A stretch of 64,000 nucleotides of DNA from Octopus vulgaris (Eukaryota), in NCBI GenBank assembly GCA_951406725.2, contig OX597821.1:63798001-63862000 (forward strand), in the 5' to 3' direction. Below the pieces are notes generated by a model that was given only the letters and a program-made list of their open reading frames with translations, did no database searches and was not told the origin of the DNA. The position numbers were made by a program, and so were the translations under genes. How positions within the stretch are numbered: the first letter of the stretch is position 1; every line of letters begins with the position of its first letter. This document shows positions 12,293 to 25,638 of this stretch, in pieces.

Positions 12293-12794
12293 CGTGGAGG
12301 CGCCTGAATAAATGGTAAGAGTATTGGATTCATCATTGTAAGATTGTGGTTTCAATTGCTGGATCGGGTGGTATGTTGTGTTCTTGAGCAAAACACTTCA
12401 TTTCAAGTTTTCCCACTCAACTCACCTGGCAAAAATCAGTAATTCTGCGAAACACCGGCGTCCCGTCCAGGGTGGAGCTGAATATATAAGGAACAGAATC
12501 TAGGAAATCGGTCCTATAAGTAAAAAGTTAAGGTTCCTTCCCAAGTCACGTAGACTTGTACGGGCCGGTTTCCCTGATTCATCGCATATATATTCTCCAC
12601 CTGGAAAGATCGCCGGTCGGTCACATGATTACTCATTTTTGCTACTGTGTACACTGAAGCATCGTGAGATAAAGTGTTTTGCTCAAGAACACACCGCGTT
12701 GCCCGGTCCAGGAATCGAAACCACAAGCTTACGATCAGGAGTCCAACACCCTAACCACTAAGCTGCGCGCCTCCACTAAACCGGTCCTATAAGT
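12293..12794. mobile_element. SINE C (+) whose tail is interrupted by an antisense SINE C copy (12522-12777) with a 17-bp TSD
   Basis: TSD aaatcggtcctataagt 12505-12521 / aaaccggtcctataagt 12778-12794. Confidence 0.85.
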
Positions 12795-14076
12795 CGATAT
12801 GACTCGGGAAAGGGCGTTATCCTTACTTATCCTAAGAATCAGTTCATTCTCTCACTTATTATTCTCTGGTTTATTGCTACTTTCTAAGTGTAAAACCATT
12901 CTCTTGGAGCATGTCATATCTATCTCATTCAAATTTCAGCTTCGTTTTATACTGTCACCTTCCAGTCGAAACGGAACTTGAAAAATCCGATTTCAAAGCC
13001 TTGAAAGAGTACGATATTCATATGGAGAAAGCCTCTCGTAAGGACGTTCAAAAAAGCAGAAAAATGAATTTAGCAATTCTGTCTATCATTGTTGTACAAC
13101 ACTTTGTCTGTTACGATGCATTCTTTTAACAATCTACGTGTATATGAGAGGCTTTCTCGAGAAGAAGACGGTTGATTCAAGGCTTTCAACAGTATACCTA
13201 TGTTGAGTATGATACACAGAATGCTATGCTGTCCTAATACAGCTTCCTTGGCTAGTAATAAATATAGATAGATAGATCGATCGATCGATAGATAGATAGA
13301 CAAACCTATATATATATGATATGTACTTTACTCATATGTATGTATAACACCTGCGTTTGATTACATTTATTAATTTATCCATTTATATATAAATGTATAT
13401 ATATACATACACATATATATATATACATATACATATATACATACATACATATATATATGTATATATATATATATATATATACACATATATATATACACAC
13501 ACATATATATATATACACACAAAACACATATATATATATATATATATACACACACATCCACACACACATACACACACAAACACACACATACACACACACA
13601 TATATATATCTCCCCCGCGCGCGCGCGCACGCACAAACACACACGCACGCACAAACACACACGCACACACACACCTCTTTGCATAGTTTATTTGCTTATA
13701 TTTGCTTCTCTATATTTTTTTTCAATTTCATTCTTCTTTTGTTGTTTTTGCATTTATGAAATCCAGTCCAATCGTTATCGAGACTTCACGGATAGCTTTT
13801 AGACATGTATGGTCTTGTCGCTGTCGTATCTTTGTCCGCCCTTACTCCCTCACCAACATCACCGCTTGTCATGGCTTTCTTCCTGTTGACAGCCGATATA
13901 AAGATGTACAGATCGACAGGCAGCATCTCTCCCTACACGTCCCAGTCGATGCTGTTGATTCATATAATCTCTGGTATATTCGATTGGTCACCTACTGATA
14001 GCGATGATGTCATGCAACAACTATATACTTTCGGTGTCTGCCAATTTGGGGGGCAGGGTTATTATTGTTATTATTA

Positions 14077-14143
<67 letters not shown>

Positions 14144-14144
14144 A

Positions 14145-14189
<45 letters not shown>

Positions 14190-14442
14190 CAATTCTACGC
14201 AAATGAAAATGAATCAATAAATGTTGGGTGACTCAACCCAAACTGTTTTTAATTTGACACAAACTGTAAGACATGGTAGATGCCCACCATCATATCCCTC
14301 TATATACGCGCGTGTACAATTCACTATGGTATGTATGTATGTATGTTTATATCATGCGCGTGCATTATCTATGAATATACATTATGTATATAATACGTAT
14401 GTATGTTATATCACTCTAATTCCCCCTCTCTCTCTCTCTCTG

Positions 14443-14474
<32 letters not shown>

Positions 14475-14773
14475 TAGATAGATAGATAGATAGATAGATA
14501 GACAGATAGATATATGTATATATATATATGTACATATATATATATACATATATATAGACATATATATACATATATATGTATAAAGACATATATATATACT
14601 CATATATATATATCTATATACATATACACATATATATTCATATATATATACACACACATATATATATATAACATATATATATTTATATATATATATGTAT
14701 ACATATGCACATATATATACATATTTATATATATATGTATGTATATATATATATCTATATATATATATGTATT

Positions 14774-14815
<42 letters not shown>

Positions 14816-14849
14816 TGTGTGTGTGTATGTATGTATATTTTCATCAACA

Positions 14850-15050
14850 TTTAACGTCCGTTTTTTTTTTTATATATCTAGCATGGGTTGGACGGTTTGA
14901 TAGGAGTAAGCAACTGGGGAGCCGTCCAGTTGTCTGTTATGGCATGGCTTCTACGGATCGATGATGCCCTTTTCAAACACTAGCCACTTTACAGAGTGTA
15001 CTGGATGTTCCACCACCACGGGTGCGTTTGCGCAACACCGACAGCAGTGC
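14850..15050 (-). mobile_element. Probable L2/CR1-type LINE 3' tail fragment
   Basis: tttaacgtccg...gcatgggttggacgg...tctacggatcgatgatgccctt resembles recalled L2-type 3' ends (ggatgcccttcc). Confidence 0.4.
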
Positions 15051-15089
15051 ATTTTCCGTGACACGGACTCTGTAGAGGAGAAGCCTCGC

Positions 15090-15248
15090 ACGAGTGGCCA
15101 TGTTGTAAGTAGCCTGCTTACAAACAACATAGTTCAGGGTTCAGTCCCACTGCGTGGCATCTTGGGTAAGTGTCTTCCACCATAGCCTCGGGCCGACCTA
15201 AAATTTGTGAGTGGATTTGGTAGTCGGAAACTGAAAGAAGACCGTTGC

Positions 15249-15327
<79 letters not shown>

Positions 15328-15568
15328 CGTTTGTGTGCGTGTGTGTACGCTTTTGTGTCAGTGTTTGTCTCCCCAGAATCTCTTGACAACCGATGCTGGT
15401 GTGTTTTCGTGCCCGTAACTTAGTGGTTCGGCAAATTACCACTGACAGAATAAGTACTGGGCTTACAAATAATACGTCTTGGGGTCTAGTTTTTCGACCA
15501 AACGCGGTGCTCGAGCATGGCTGCAATCAAATGACTGGAACAAATAACACAATAAAAGAATAAAAGAA
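15090..15568 (+). mobile_element. SINE family A
   Basis: Colinear with 1643-2079. Confidence 0.9.
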
Positions 15569-15874
15569 TATGTGTGTGTGTGTTTATGTGGTGTGTATAA
15601 ATACATATATGTACATATATATGTATAAGTACATAATAACAAAGGGTAAAATAAATTAATTAAGAAGTAATCAATAATTCCACCAAGTAGAATTCGGCAT
15701 GAAAAAAGACAATTTCACGGTAAACTTAAGTAATACTTCATTATTAGGGTTCAGCAAAGATTTGCTGTACCACATACCGAAGTTTAGAAATAGCAGCCAA
15801 AAAACCTTAGCTATTTCTTCTACTTTAAAACTTCGGTATGCGGTAAAGCAAATTATGTATAACTACATATATAT

Positions 15875-16065
15875 ACAAGGCCTGAAATTTGTGGGGAGGA
15901 GATGAGTCGATTACATCGACCTCAGTGGTAAGTGGATACTTAGTTTATCGATCCCGAAACGATGAAAGGCAAAGTCGATCCCGGCGGCATTTGAACTCAG
16001 GACATGTGGACAGACGAAATACCGCAAAGCATTTCGTCCGGCGTGCTAAAGATTCTGCCAGCTCG
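15875..16065 (-). mobile_element. SINE family B
   Basis: Reverse complement of the family B consensus. Confidence 0.85.
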
Positions 16066-16087
16066 TGCATATATAAATATATAAACT

Positions 16088-16120
<33 letters not shown>

Positions 16121-16121
16121 A

Positions 16122-16289
<168 letters not shown>

Positions 16290-16529
16290 AAGAGAGAGGT
16301 GAATATGTGTGTACGCAGTAATACACAGAGGCGCTAACGACTTTTTTGAATGGTGATTCGACAGGCCTGCACCTAACACGTGTGCATGCATTGTGTTCCA
16401 CCCTTCAGTGCACTTCAAACTATACCAACAGATGTAAAGAATTAATTTCCTACATGAACCCTATGTGACACATGTATGTGCATGTGTTTGTCTGTATGTG
16501 TATATGCGCGTTTGTCTGTCTACTTATCT

Positions 16530-16972
16530 GTGTGAAATTGTCCAGTTTATTTCAAGATTTCTTGCCAATAGAGAAAGGACCGTTTTCTAACCTAGATTCA
16601 AGGCGCCTTCATTAGAATTTCAACAACAACAACGAGGTATTTTTGTCTGTATATATGTAAGAATGTATGTATGTAAGCATGTTTCTATGTATATGTGCAG
16701 ATGTTTTGCTTTATGCATGTATTTTCCTGCATATAGTTGCATATCTAGATATGCTCATATATATTTAAATGATAAACTTCTGGAAAGTTTTACAGATTTT
16801 TACAGTTCCAGTGGTGGATTAGATCTGTAGTCTTCGAATTAGTTTCTCCTTTCCCGTTTTTAGAATTCTAATTTCTCAAGATTGGTATTTAGGGAATGTG
16901 TTACATATCCCAGGAACCCAATAATTACAGGTATAAACTTGACCTTGTAATCTGGATAGAGTAACTGCATGT
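16530..16972 (-). mobile_element. 3' fragment of an RLE-type non-LTR retrotransposon (C-terminus + 3' UTR)
   Basis: QLLYPDYKVKFIPVIIGFLGYV...KLIRRLQI..TTGTVKICKTFQKF resembles the PVVIGALG...GT..I C-terminus of the Dong copies here. Confidence 0.6.
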
Positions 16973-16984
16973 ATGTATGTATCC

Positions 16985-19900
16985 AAATTGAAAAAACAGT
17001 CGTTTTCAACACGTACTGCCCGTCAACAAGGAAATTTAAACACTTTGAACAGTGTAAGATTGAAAAACTGCCTGGCCCCGCATAAGGAAAGACGTAAAGT
17101 ACATAGCGAGGGGCCGGACATATGGCACAATAGAAGTCAAATTTGGAACCGATGAAAAAGCCCAAGAGTACTCAGCGAGCCCCTTGAAAACGAAGAAGGT
17201 GGTGCTTCTGCCAACCTACATGGGGAGACGAACTGCTCGTGTAAGGGTGACAGAGGTATCACCTGAAATTGAGGCAATGGAGGTAATGGCCGCCCTATTG
17301 TATAACAGGGCGGATAAAATTGACTTCCTTCAGATAACATGCTCTGTCCCACACAATTGGCTCGGGCAGTTCATTTCTGCCATTATTCTTCCAGAAATGC
17401 TTCCAGAAAGGGTGCGCTCGGGTGAGGATATTGTCCTTAAGTACAAGTAGAGGACAAAATTCCCACGTGCTAGGAATGTGGCAAAGAACCACATTGGTGT
17501 AGGCTGTGAACAATGGAAGAAAAAATTTGCGCAGACACCAGGCCCCTCAATTACAAAAAATACCCCAAACCTGCACACACATATGCCCCCACATAAACAA
17601 GAATTCCAATTCCCCCATCTGTGGCGCCCGCCCCCAAACACTATATCCAAACTTCCAGTCCATGCACACACCAGTCCCGACAACACCAAACACACCTACC
17701 CCCTCTAAAGCGGCACCAGAACATCTAAACCCTCCGGATGATACCATGGAGCTGGTCGAGGGGGAGATTCATGGTAGTTCGGTAACGAACACATGCAACT
17801 TCCCCATCCATATTCCCCACAAAACAAAAAGAAAACGAAAGCATCACACCACAAATGAAAAAAATGACCCCACCCCATTTTCCCAGAAGGAAAAACGGGG
17901 AAGAAACGATAACGAAACGAAAACGCTGGTAAAATATGATACCAGAGACAAGTATATTCAGGAGATTGTACAAGGACACCACACCACCAAGCTGTTTCAA
18001 CAGCACAAGGACTTGAGCGAGAGATGTGCCTAGCCAGAGGAAACCCTTTACAGGCAACTGAAGTACAGGCATCCAAACACCACAAGGAGTATCCCGGACC
18101 TTCCAGGTTATTTGAAAAAGGAGGAGGAGGAGGAGGAGGAGAAGGAGGAGGAGAGGAAAGGACAGCCTCGCGTGTTGTGAGGTGAGCCCTAACATCACCA
18201 GTTAAGGGTAAGCAGAACCCTTGCTTTTTTTCCTTGTTTTTGACTTTGGGTGTTTGAATGTGCGTGGTCTGAGCTCGCAGTCGAAGCAAGCTTGTTTCCT
18301 CGACGACCTCAGATCACATGATATGCATGTAATGGTTGCTACATAGACCAAGCTGGACAGTCTACAAACCTTCTCGCACCTCCTGAATGGCTGTGAGAAA
18401 GTCATGTCTCCTAGCCAGACCGGAGAGCGAGGGGTGTAGTAGTACTTGTCCGAAATGGCTTGGCTCTGCAGACAAGTACAGTCTATGTAGGCCCAGAAGG
18501 TGGGCTATTCGTCCTTGATGTGACATACAGCAGTAAGGCCTTCAGGTTGATCGGGATCTATGCACCTTGTGCTAGAGGATTTCAAACTGATTTTTATCGG
18601 CGCCTAGAGAACGTTCTCGTGACGTCATTAGTGGTGTTAGGAGACTATAACGCTATTGTTCACGCACGCATCGATAGCGTTGGCTCTATCGGTAGGAAAG
18701 TGAACTCACGTCTCATAGATCTGCTTAAGCGCTTTCAGCTAGCGGATCGCTACAGGCTTGACCATTCATTCGAGTGTCCCGGAGTGGGCCTGGATTAGCG
18801 GCGACGGAAGGCTCAAGTCTTTCTTAGATAGGATAGTCATAAGAACTAGAGATATGTCTAGTTTTAACTGTCCACAGCTTGTCCAAGTAGCTTACACTGA
18901 CCATAGAATGGTTAAGTGTAGACTGGACATACAGTTAGGAGAGGATTCGGCTACTGGAAGCTGAACAAGTCTATTTTGACCGTAGCCCGATTAAGGAATT
19001 AGTACAGAGGGCGTTAACCGGCGCTCCGGTAAATAAACGATGGTGGTTCGCCCTCAAGGGAGCCATTCGTTTCGGGACTATTAGGTTTAGACACCAGCTA
19101 AAACTAGATAAGGCCAGAATAGAAGGGCAACTTCTTAAGGACCTAGAGGAGGGGTTGAGATTGGGTTCTGCATCTCACATTTTGGCAGCGAGAACGGCCT
19201 TGGACCGTCACCTCAAAGCCAAACATGAGGGGTGGAAAGTTCGGGCTAAAGTGTGCGCATTGAGCCGTGAAGGAATTAATGTTGCCGGATGGGCCCGTAC
19301 GGTAGAAACCCAGCGTGGCAATGATGCCACAATTAGATCTCTCTTGGATGACAATGGGAGTTCGGTCGATGGACGGGACGAGATGTGGGAGGCGATTCAC
19401 AAGCACTTTGCCGAGTTGTTTGGGAGTGGCGGGGCGCTGGATCATGGCGAGGCCCTTAGAGACTTCCTGTCTGGCGGCCCGCGTCTCTCGGCACGAGAGG
19501 CTGAGTGCTGTGAAGGGCCAATCACAGCCGAGGAGGTGATCGAGGTACTGGGAGAATGCCCCGGGGAGAAGTATGGGAGAATTCCCAAGTCTGCGAGCCG
19601 GGGGGTGGTGACGTTGATCAGGAAGGACCCGAGCAAGGGGGACGAGATAGGGAACTTCAGGCCCATAACTCTGAACACAGAGTTAAAGATTTTGGCCAAG
19701 TCTAGCGAAAAGGTTGGCGCGGGTCGTGGACAGAGCTGTAGGAGATGCGCAGGGGTGCACTTGTACATTTAGACCATTTTACAGGGTCGACCATTGGTAC
19801 TTGGCGACGGTCCTCGAGAAGGCTGGCCAGGGCCCGGCCTTCCGCGGTTGGACTGCTGCGTTGTACAGTGACATCGAGTCCTGTCGCAAAAGTGAATGGT

Positions 19901-20379
19901 TTCCTTTCGAAGCCATTCAGGATCGAGCACACACTACGTCAGGGGTGTCCCCTGTCTCCGCTTTTGTATGTGTTGGCTCTCGAGCCATTGCTGCGCAAGT
20001 TGGAGGCACTAGGGGACGCAGCGCATGATCTATGGTGTGGAAGATGAGCTACGGTGTATGCGGATGACAACTCCATCATCGTGGCGGATGAGGGTCAGCT
20101 TCCAGTGGTGGAAGAGGCTATCAAAAGCTACACTGTGCTTTACCCTTTAGGGATGTCATTGCAAATCGCAATGAGTAACATGTTATTATGTAATTGGTAA
20201 TTAGTAAATTGTAATTTGTAAATTGTAATATGTAAATTGTAATTTGTAATTTTTAAATTGTATCATAAATTTATCATCATAAATTTTTAAACGTTATAGC
20301 AGCTACTATAACTTTTTATCTTTGTCATTGTTCGTCCCCTCTTTGAAATGCCTTCATGTCAAATTTTATGAAATAAAGT
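16985..20379 (+). mobile_element. Decayed Tx1/L1-clade non-LTR retrotransposon (ORF1 remnant + APE-RT ORF2 with stops, frameshifts, deletions)
   Basis: APE motifs LNVRGL (~18255), VLGDYNA, SFLDRI, TDHRMV, YWKLNKS; RT motifs NFRPITL..ELKILAK, QGCPLSPLLY, YADD (20057-20068); 3' UTR with (taaattg) repeats and aataaa. Confidence 0.85.
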
Positions 20380-20740
20380 AGCCTGCTTACCATCCACATG
20401 GTTCCGCGTTCAGTCCCACTGTATGGCACCTTGGGCAAGTGTCTTCTACTATAGCCGCAGGCCGACCAAAGCCTTGTGAGTGGATTTGGTAGACAGAACC
20501 AGAAAGAAGCCTGTCGTATATATATATATATTTATATGTTTGTGTACTATGTTTGTCACCCTGCCAATGCTTGAAAACCGATGGTGGTGCGTTTACGTCC
20601 CCGTAACTTAGCGGCTTGGCAAAAGAAACTGATGAAATAAGCACTAGGCTTACAAAGAATAGATCCTGAAGTCGATTTGTTCGACTAAAGGCTGTGCTTG
20701 AGTATGGCCGCAGTAAAATGACTGAAACAAATAAAAGAAT
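20375..20740 (+). mobile_element. SINE family A, 5'-truncated
   Basis: Colinear with 1643-2079. Confidence 0.85.
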
Positions 20741-20807
20741 ATATGTACACTTGTCTGTGCATTTCTGCCCTTATATGCAGTATATGGGCGCGTATATGCA
20801 GTATATG

Positions 20808-21143
20808 TGAAGGTGCATGACTCAGTGGTAAGAGCGTGGAGCTTACGATCGTGAGGTTGTGAGTTCGAATCGCGGACCGGGCTGCGTGTTGTTTTATTGA
20901 GCAAGACACCTCATTTCACGTTGCTCCAGTTCACTCAGCTTTAGAAATGAGTTGCGACGTCACAGGTGCCATGTTGTATCGGCCTTTACCTTTCCCTTGG
21001 ATAACATCAGTGGCGTGGAGAGGGGAGGCCGGTATGCATGGGAGACTGCTGGTCTTCCATAAGCAACCTTGCCCGGATTTTTGCCTGGGAGAGTAACTTT
21101 CTAGGTGCTATCCCATGGTCAGTCATGACCGAAGGGGGTCTCA
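20808..21143 (+). mobile_element. tRNA-derived SINE (C-type head, alternative tail), full length
   Basis: gtgaaggtgcatgactcagtggtaagagc...gagttcgaatcg head; second copy at 11940-12247. Confidence 0.85.
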
Positions 21144-21631
21144 GCCTGGGCGCATCGCAACATTTTTATCGTGTGAAAATACATTTGTTCTTACTTTGTT
21201 TAATGTAATGCGGGTATTATTCAGTTGAAGCTTGACTAATTTTTATCATGACTTTCCACGAAAAAAAAAAAAATGCTTGATTTAAATGTGCCATGAAAAA
21301 GGGGCACCAGAAGACACAACAGGTTACGATAATGTTTGGTACTGTAGAGTAAGTTTGACACTCTGTTACTAGGCTCCTCGTTGTTTACGACCAACCTTCA
21401 TAACTCCGGATAAGATTGTGTGCGGAGTATGCGTGCAGGATGTGTGCGTGTGTGAATGCTTGCGTGCGAATGAGTGTGTGTGTGTGTGTGTGTGTATGTG
21501 TGTGTGTGCGCGCGCGCGCACGTCTGAGCCAGCGAAAGAAAACAAAAACAAACTCTGACTGATGATATAGATCCCAGGGCGTTATATGACTTCCATCACT
21601 AATATTTCCTGTCACGTCATATTTCCCATCC

Positions 21632-22230
21632 CATCATCATCATCATCATCATCATCAACATCATCATTGTCGTCGTCATCGTCAGCATCCTCCCTTCCCA
21701 TATCGGTAAACATTGTTACCAACAGTAACGCCAGAACGGCCATCAAACCACAACCAACGACATTATTACCAACCACCACCACAACTACCACAAAAACCAC
21801 CGATAACACGATCAACACCATCAAAACCATCACCACCACTATCGCGACTACCATCACCACCACGACTGCCACTACCACCACCACCACTGCCACGATCTCC
21901 ACCACAACCACCACTACCGCGACCACCATCACAACGACGACTACCACTACCACTACTACCACCACCACTTCCGCTACCACGACCTCAACCACCACCACGA
22001 CAAGCAGGACCTCCACCACTACCACCACCAACACCACCACTACCACCATTACCACGTCGACGACGACAACCACTACCACCACTACCACCACTACTACCAC
22101 GACCACCACCATCACCATCACTACCACGACGAGGACAACCAACACCACCACCACCTCCATCGTCAACGACGACAACCGCTACCTCCATCACCACATCCAC
22201 TACCACCACTACCACCACCACCACCGCCGC
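21632..22230. repeat. Compound (CAT)n/(ACC/ACT/ACG)n trinucleotide tract (Thr-rich ORF 21586-22395)
   Basis: Low-complexity triplet repeats, open in several frames. Confidence 0.85.
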
Positions 22231-22633
22231 CCAAACAGCAAGGGAAAGCCACCAACTTCGATAAAACAACAGATGTCAAGCGATCAGTCGACAGAAGAGG
22301 TTTACGAATGCTATATGCTTACGAGGAAGATAATTCAGATGTTTATGGCCAATTTACTGTGCTTTTCCCTTTTCACAGGTAAGTCTCCGGCCTGATCTTG
22401 TCATGTCGGCTTGATCTTTTATGCGCAGTAGCCTAGCGCAAATACGAATTACTGGGACTAGGAAGGGGATTGTGTGTATGTGTGTGTGTGTGCATTTGTG
22501 TGTGTATGTACGTATGTATATATGTATATATATATATAGAGATACACATGCACATATATATATATAGATACACATACATATATATATATATACACATATA
22601 CATACACACACATATATATATATATACATATAT

Positions 22634-22664
<31 letters not shown>

Positions 22665-22838
22665 GTATATATATATATATCCATACATAGTCAGTTGAGG
22701 TATGTTCTGTTAAGAAAGTATATGAGTACAAATGCAGCTCGTTCTTCACCCTTAGAATTCTCAAATAGCCGGTAGTATTCTTATAGTATGCTACCAATTC
22801 TAGTCTTAGGTATTCCTCGTGTGTGAAAATAAAAAGTG

Positions 22839-23047
22839 AAAGAGTCAAAAGGAAGAGTAAGTATGGTGAGGTAGTTCTTTAATTGTTACAAATGTTTCGA
22901 TACAGATATTCTTATACAGGTAAATACTTAAATGATTTAATTTAAACTTAACTCTGAATCCTGCATATACGAGGATGCGTATGTATCGAAACATTTGTAA
23001 CAATTAAAGAACTGCTCAAAAGTACTTACTCTTCTTTTTGACTCTTT
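22839..23047. repeat. Inverted repeat with perfect 32-bp core arms (22873-22904 / 22982-23013)
   Basis: agttctttaattgttacaaatgtttcgataca vs tgtatcgaaacatttgtaacaattaaagaact. Confidence 0.9.
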
Positions 23048-23082
23048 TTTTTTCATGCATTTTTTACTTTTTGTACACATAC

Positions 23083-23149
<67 letters not shown>

Positions 23150-23277
23150 ATGTGTATATATATATATATGTATGTATATGTATATGTATATATATTTTTT
23201 TTTTTTTTTTTTTTTTATTATATTATATTATATGTATTATATATGTATATATATATACAGATATATATGTATGTGTA

Positions 23278-23315
<38 letters not shown>

Positions 23316-23354
23316 TGTATACTTTTACATCAATACCCAAATTTTTTCATTCGT

Positions 23355-23720
23355 TTATTCTTTTACTTGTATCACTCATATGGCTTTGGCCATGCTGGAT
23401 TACCACATTTAGTCGAACAAACCGACCCCAGGCTTATTCTTTGAAAGCCTAGCACGTATCCTGTTGGCTTCTTTTGCCGAACCGTTACGTTACGGGGACG
23501 TAAACACACCAACATCAGCTGTCAAGCGATGATGGGAGGGGGGACAAACACAGACACGCAAATACATACATATTCTTCTTCTTTTAGTTTCCGTCGTCCA
23601 AATCCACTCACAAGGCATTCTTCGGGGAGGGGCTATTGTAGAACTTACTTGTTGAAGGTGTAACACTAGGGGACTGAACCCGGAATCATATAGTTAGGAA
23701 TGAAGCAAGTTTCTTACCAC
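23355..23720 (-). mobile_element. SINE family A, diverged
   Basis: Reverse-complement colinearity. Confidence 0.8.
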
Positions 23721-24088
23721 GCACGTACCCACACGCACACACACACACATATATATATATATACGATATATATATATGTGTGTGTGTTTATATGTCTATA
23801 TATATGTATTTATCTATATATGTATATATGTGTATATATGTATATGTATATATACATACATATATATGTGCTTATATATATATATATATATGTACTTTTC
23901 TATATATTTATATGTATACACACACACATGCATACGTATGTGAGTGTGTGTGTCTGTTTGTGCGCGTATTTGTCTGCCTGGATGTGTGTATGTTAATTCC
24001 GCCTGAATTAATTGAAAATTTGATACATGTCCAACAAGCAATGTATATGCCTCTATATGAACGCATCTAAATAGACATATACGCATGC

Positions 24089-24146
<58 letters not shown>

Positions 24147-24535
24147 CTGCGTGTGTATGTGTGTTACCGTGGGTGTACAGCTGTATGTTGGGGTGTGTAA
24201 TAGATTTTTCCGTTAGGTTCGGAATTGGACATGTTTCAAATTTCCAATTGCTTTCGGCTGAAATTTATCGATTATGTTGTGTATATCTATCCATTTCTAT
24301 ACTATACACGCGTGTGCACGCACGCACGAACGCACATATGCACATATACTACACACCTGAATACACACAAACGCAAACATACATGTGCTGATACACATAA
24401 GCGGTATCGGTGCATATTTGTTTATATAAAACATTACATCCATCTCTTATGAAATTTGTATTATGTATCAACATTACATACACACACACACACATACGCA
24501 TACACATATATACATAGACATATATACATATATAC

Positions 24536-24569
<34 letters not shown>

Positions 24570-24687
24570 GTGGTGTGTATGTATATATATTATATATATA
24601 TATTTATATATATTCTGCGTGTATATAAGAGCGAGCGGACGGATATGCGTGTATAGATATATGTGTGTGTGTATGTATGTGTATGCA

Positions 24688-24751
<64 letters not shown>

Positions 24752-24867
24752 TAAATATATATATATATATATACACAGACTTGTGAATAAATATATATAC
24801 ACACGCACACACACACACATATATGTATATATATATATACATAAACATATACATATATATATGCATA

Positions 24868-24918
<51 letters not shown>

Positions 24919-25319
24919 GTCTGCGCTATTAATACCTCTTCGTAAATCTGGTTACCTTGTTTTCGTTACAAACCCCATTATAAAAAAAAACATTTGCTCC
25001 ATATTCTGGAAGGCTGTCAACATATTTTCTTCGCTGTAACTAATTATTGAGTGAAGCATTATTTTAGTTGATCCTCCTATACTGTCATTACTGAATCTAA
25101 TTGCAAACCGTAATATATTGTACTGAATCTTATTTGATACAAGGCTGTCCACCGAATTTTTTTAGTCTATTTTTTGTTTATGAATATTGCGATACGTTAG
25201 AGAATAAGGATGAATGTCGATGATGAACGTTCTGCATTGTTGGTCTAATTTAGCACTTCAAAGCAAGATTACGATAAACATCGGTCTTCATCATCGGAAA
25301 AAAAAAATTTGCCTTGTCC

Positions 25320-25638
25320 ACTATCATCATCATCATAATCATCACCGTCATCATAATCATCATCATCATGATCTTCATCGTCGTCGTCTTCATCATCATC
25401 ATCATCATCATCATCACTGTCCTACTTATCCCTTCATCATCACAATCATCATCATCATCATTTACAGCATCATCATCATCATCATCATCATCACTGTCCT
25501 ACTTACCCCATCATCATCATTATCATCACTATCATTATCATCGTCATCGTCATCATTTTCCTACTTGCCATGATCACAAACTCCATCACCGTCGTCATCA
25601 TCATTATCACCCACCATCATCATCCTCATCATCATCAC
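25320..25638. repeat. (CAT)n-rich trinucleotide tract
   Basis: Direct inspection. Confidence 0.9.

Noticed and set aside
16570-16620. Hammerhead-like text (ctaatga...gaaaacggtc) in the RLE 3' UTR, minus strand
   Set aside because: Core altered and stem I weak
21586-22395. 269-aa Thr-rich mucin-like ORF
   Set aside because: Open in several frames on both strands, no clear signal peptide or acceptor; best explained as a triplet repeat (not fully excluded, given the donor-like site at 22379)
22910-22926. Second AG|GT motif (ttcttatacaggtaaat); also ~53410
   Set aside because: Weak pyrimidine tract; the first lies inside a repeat-derived hairpin
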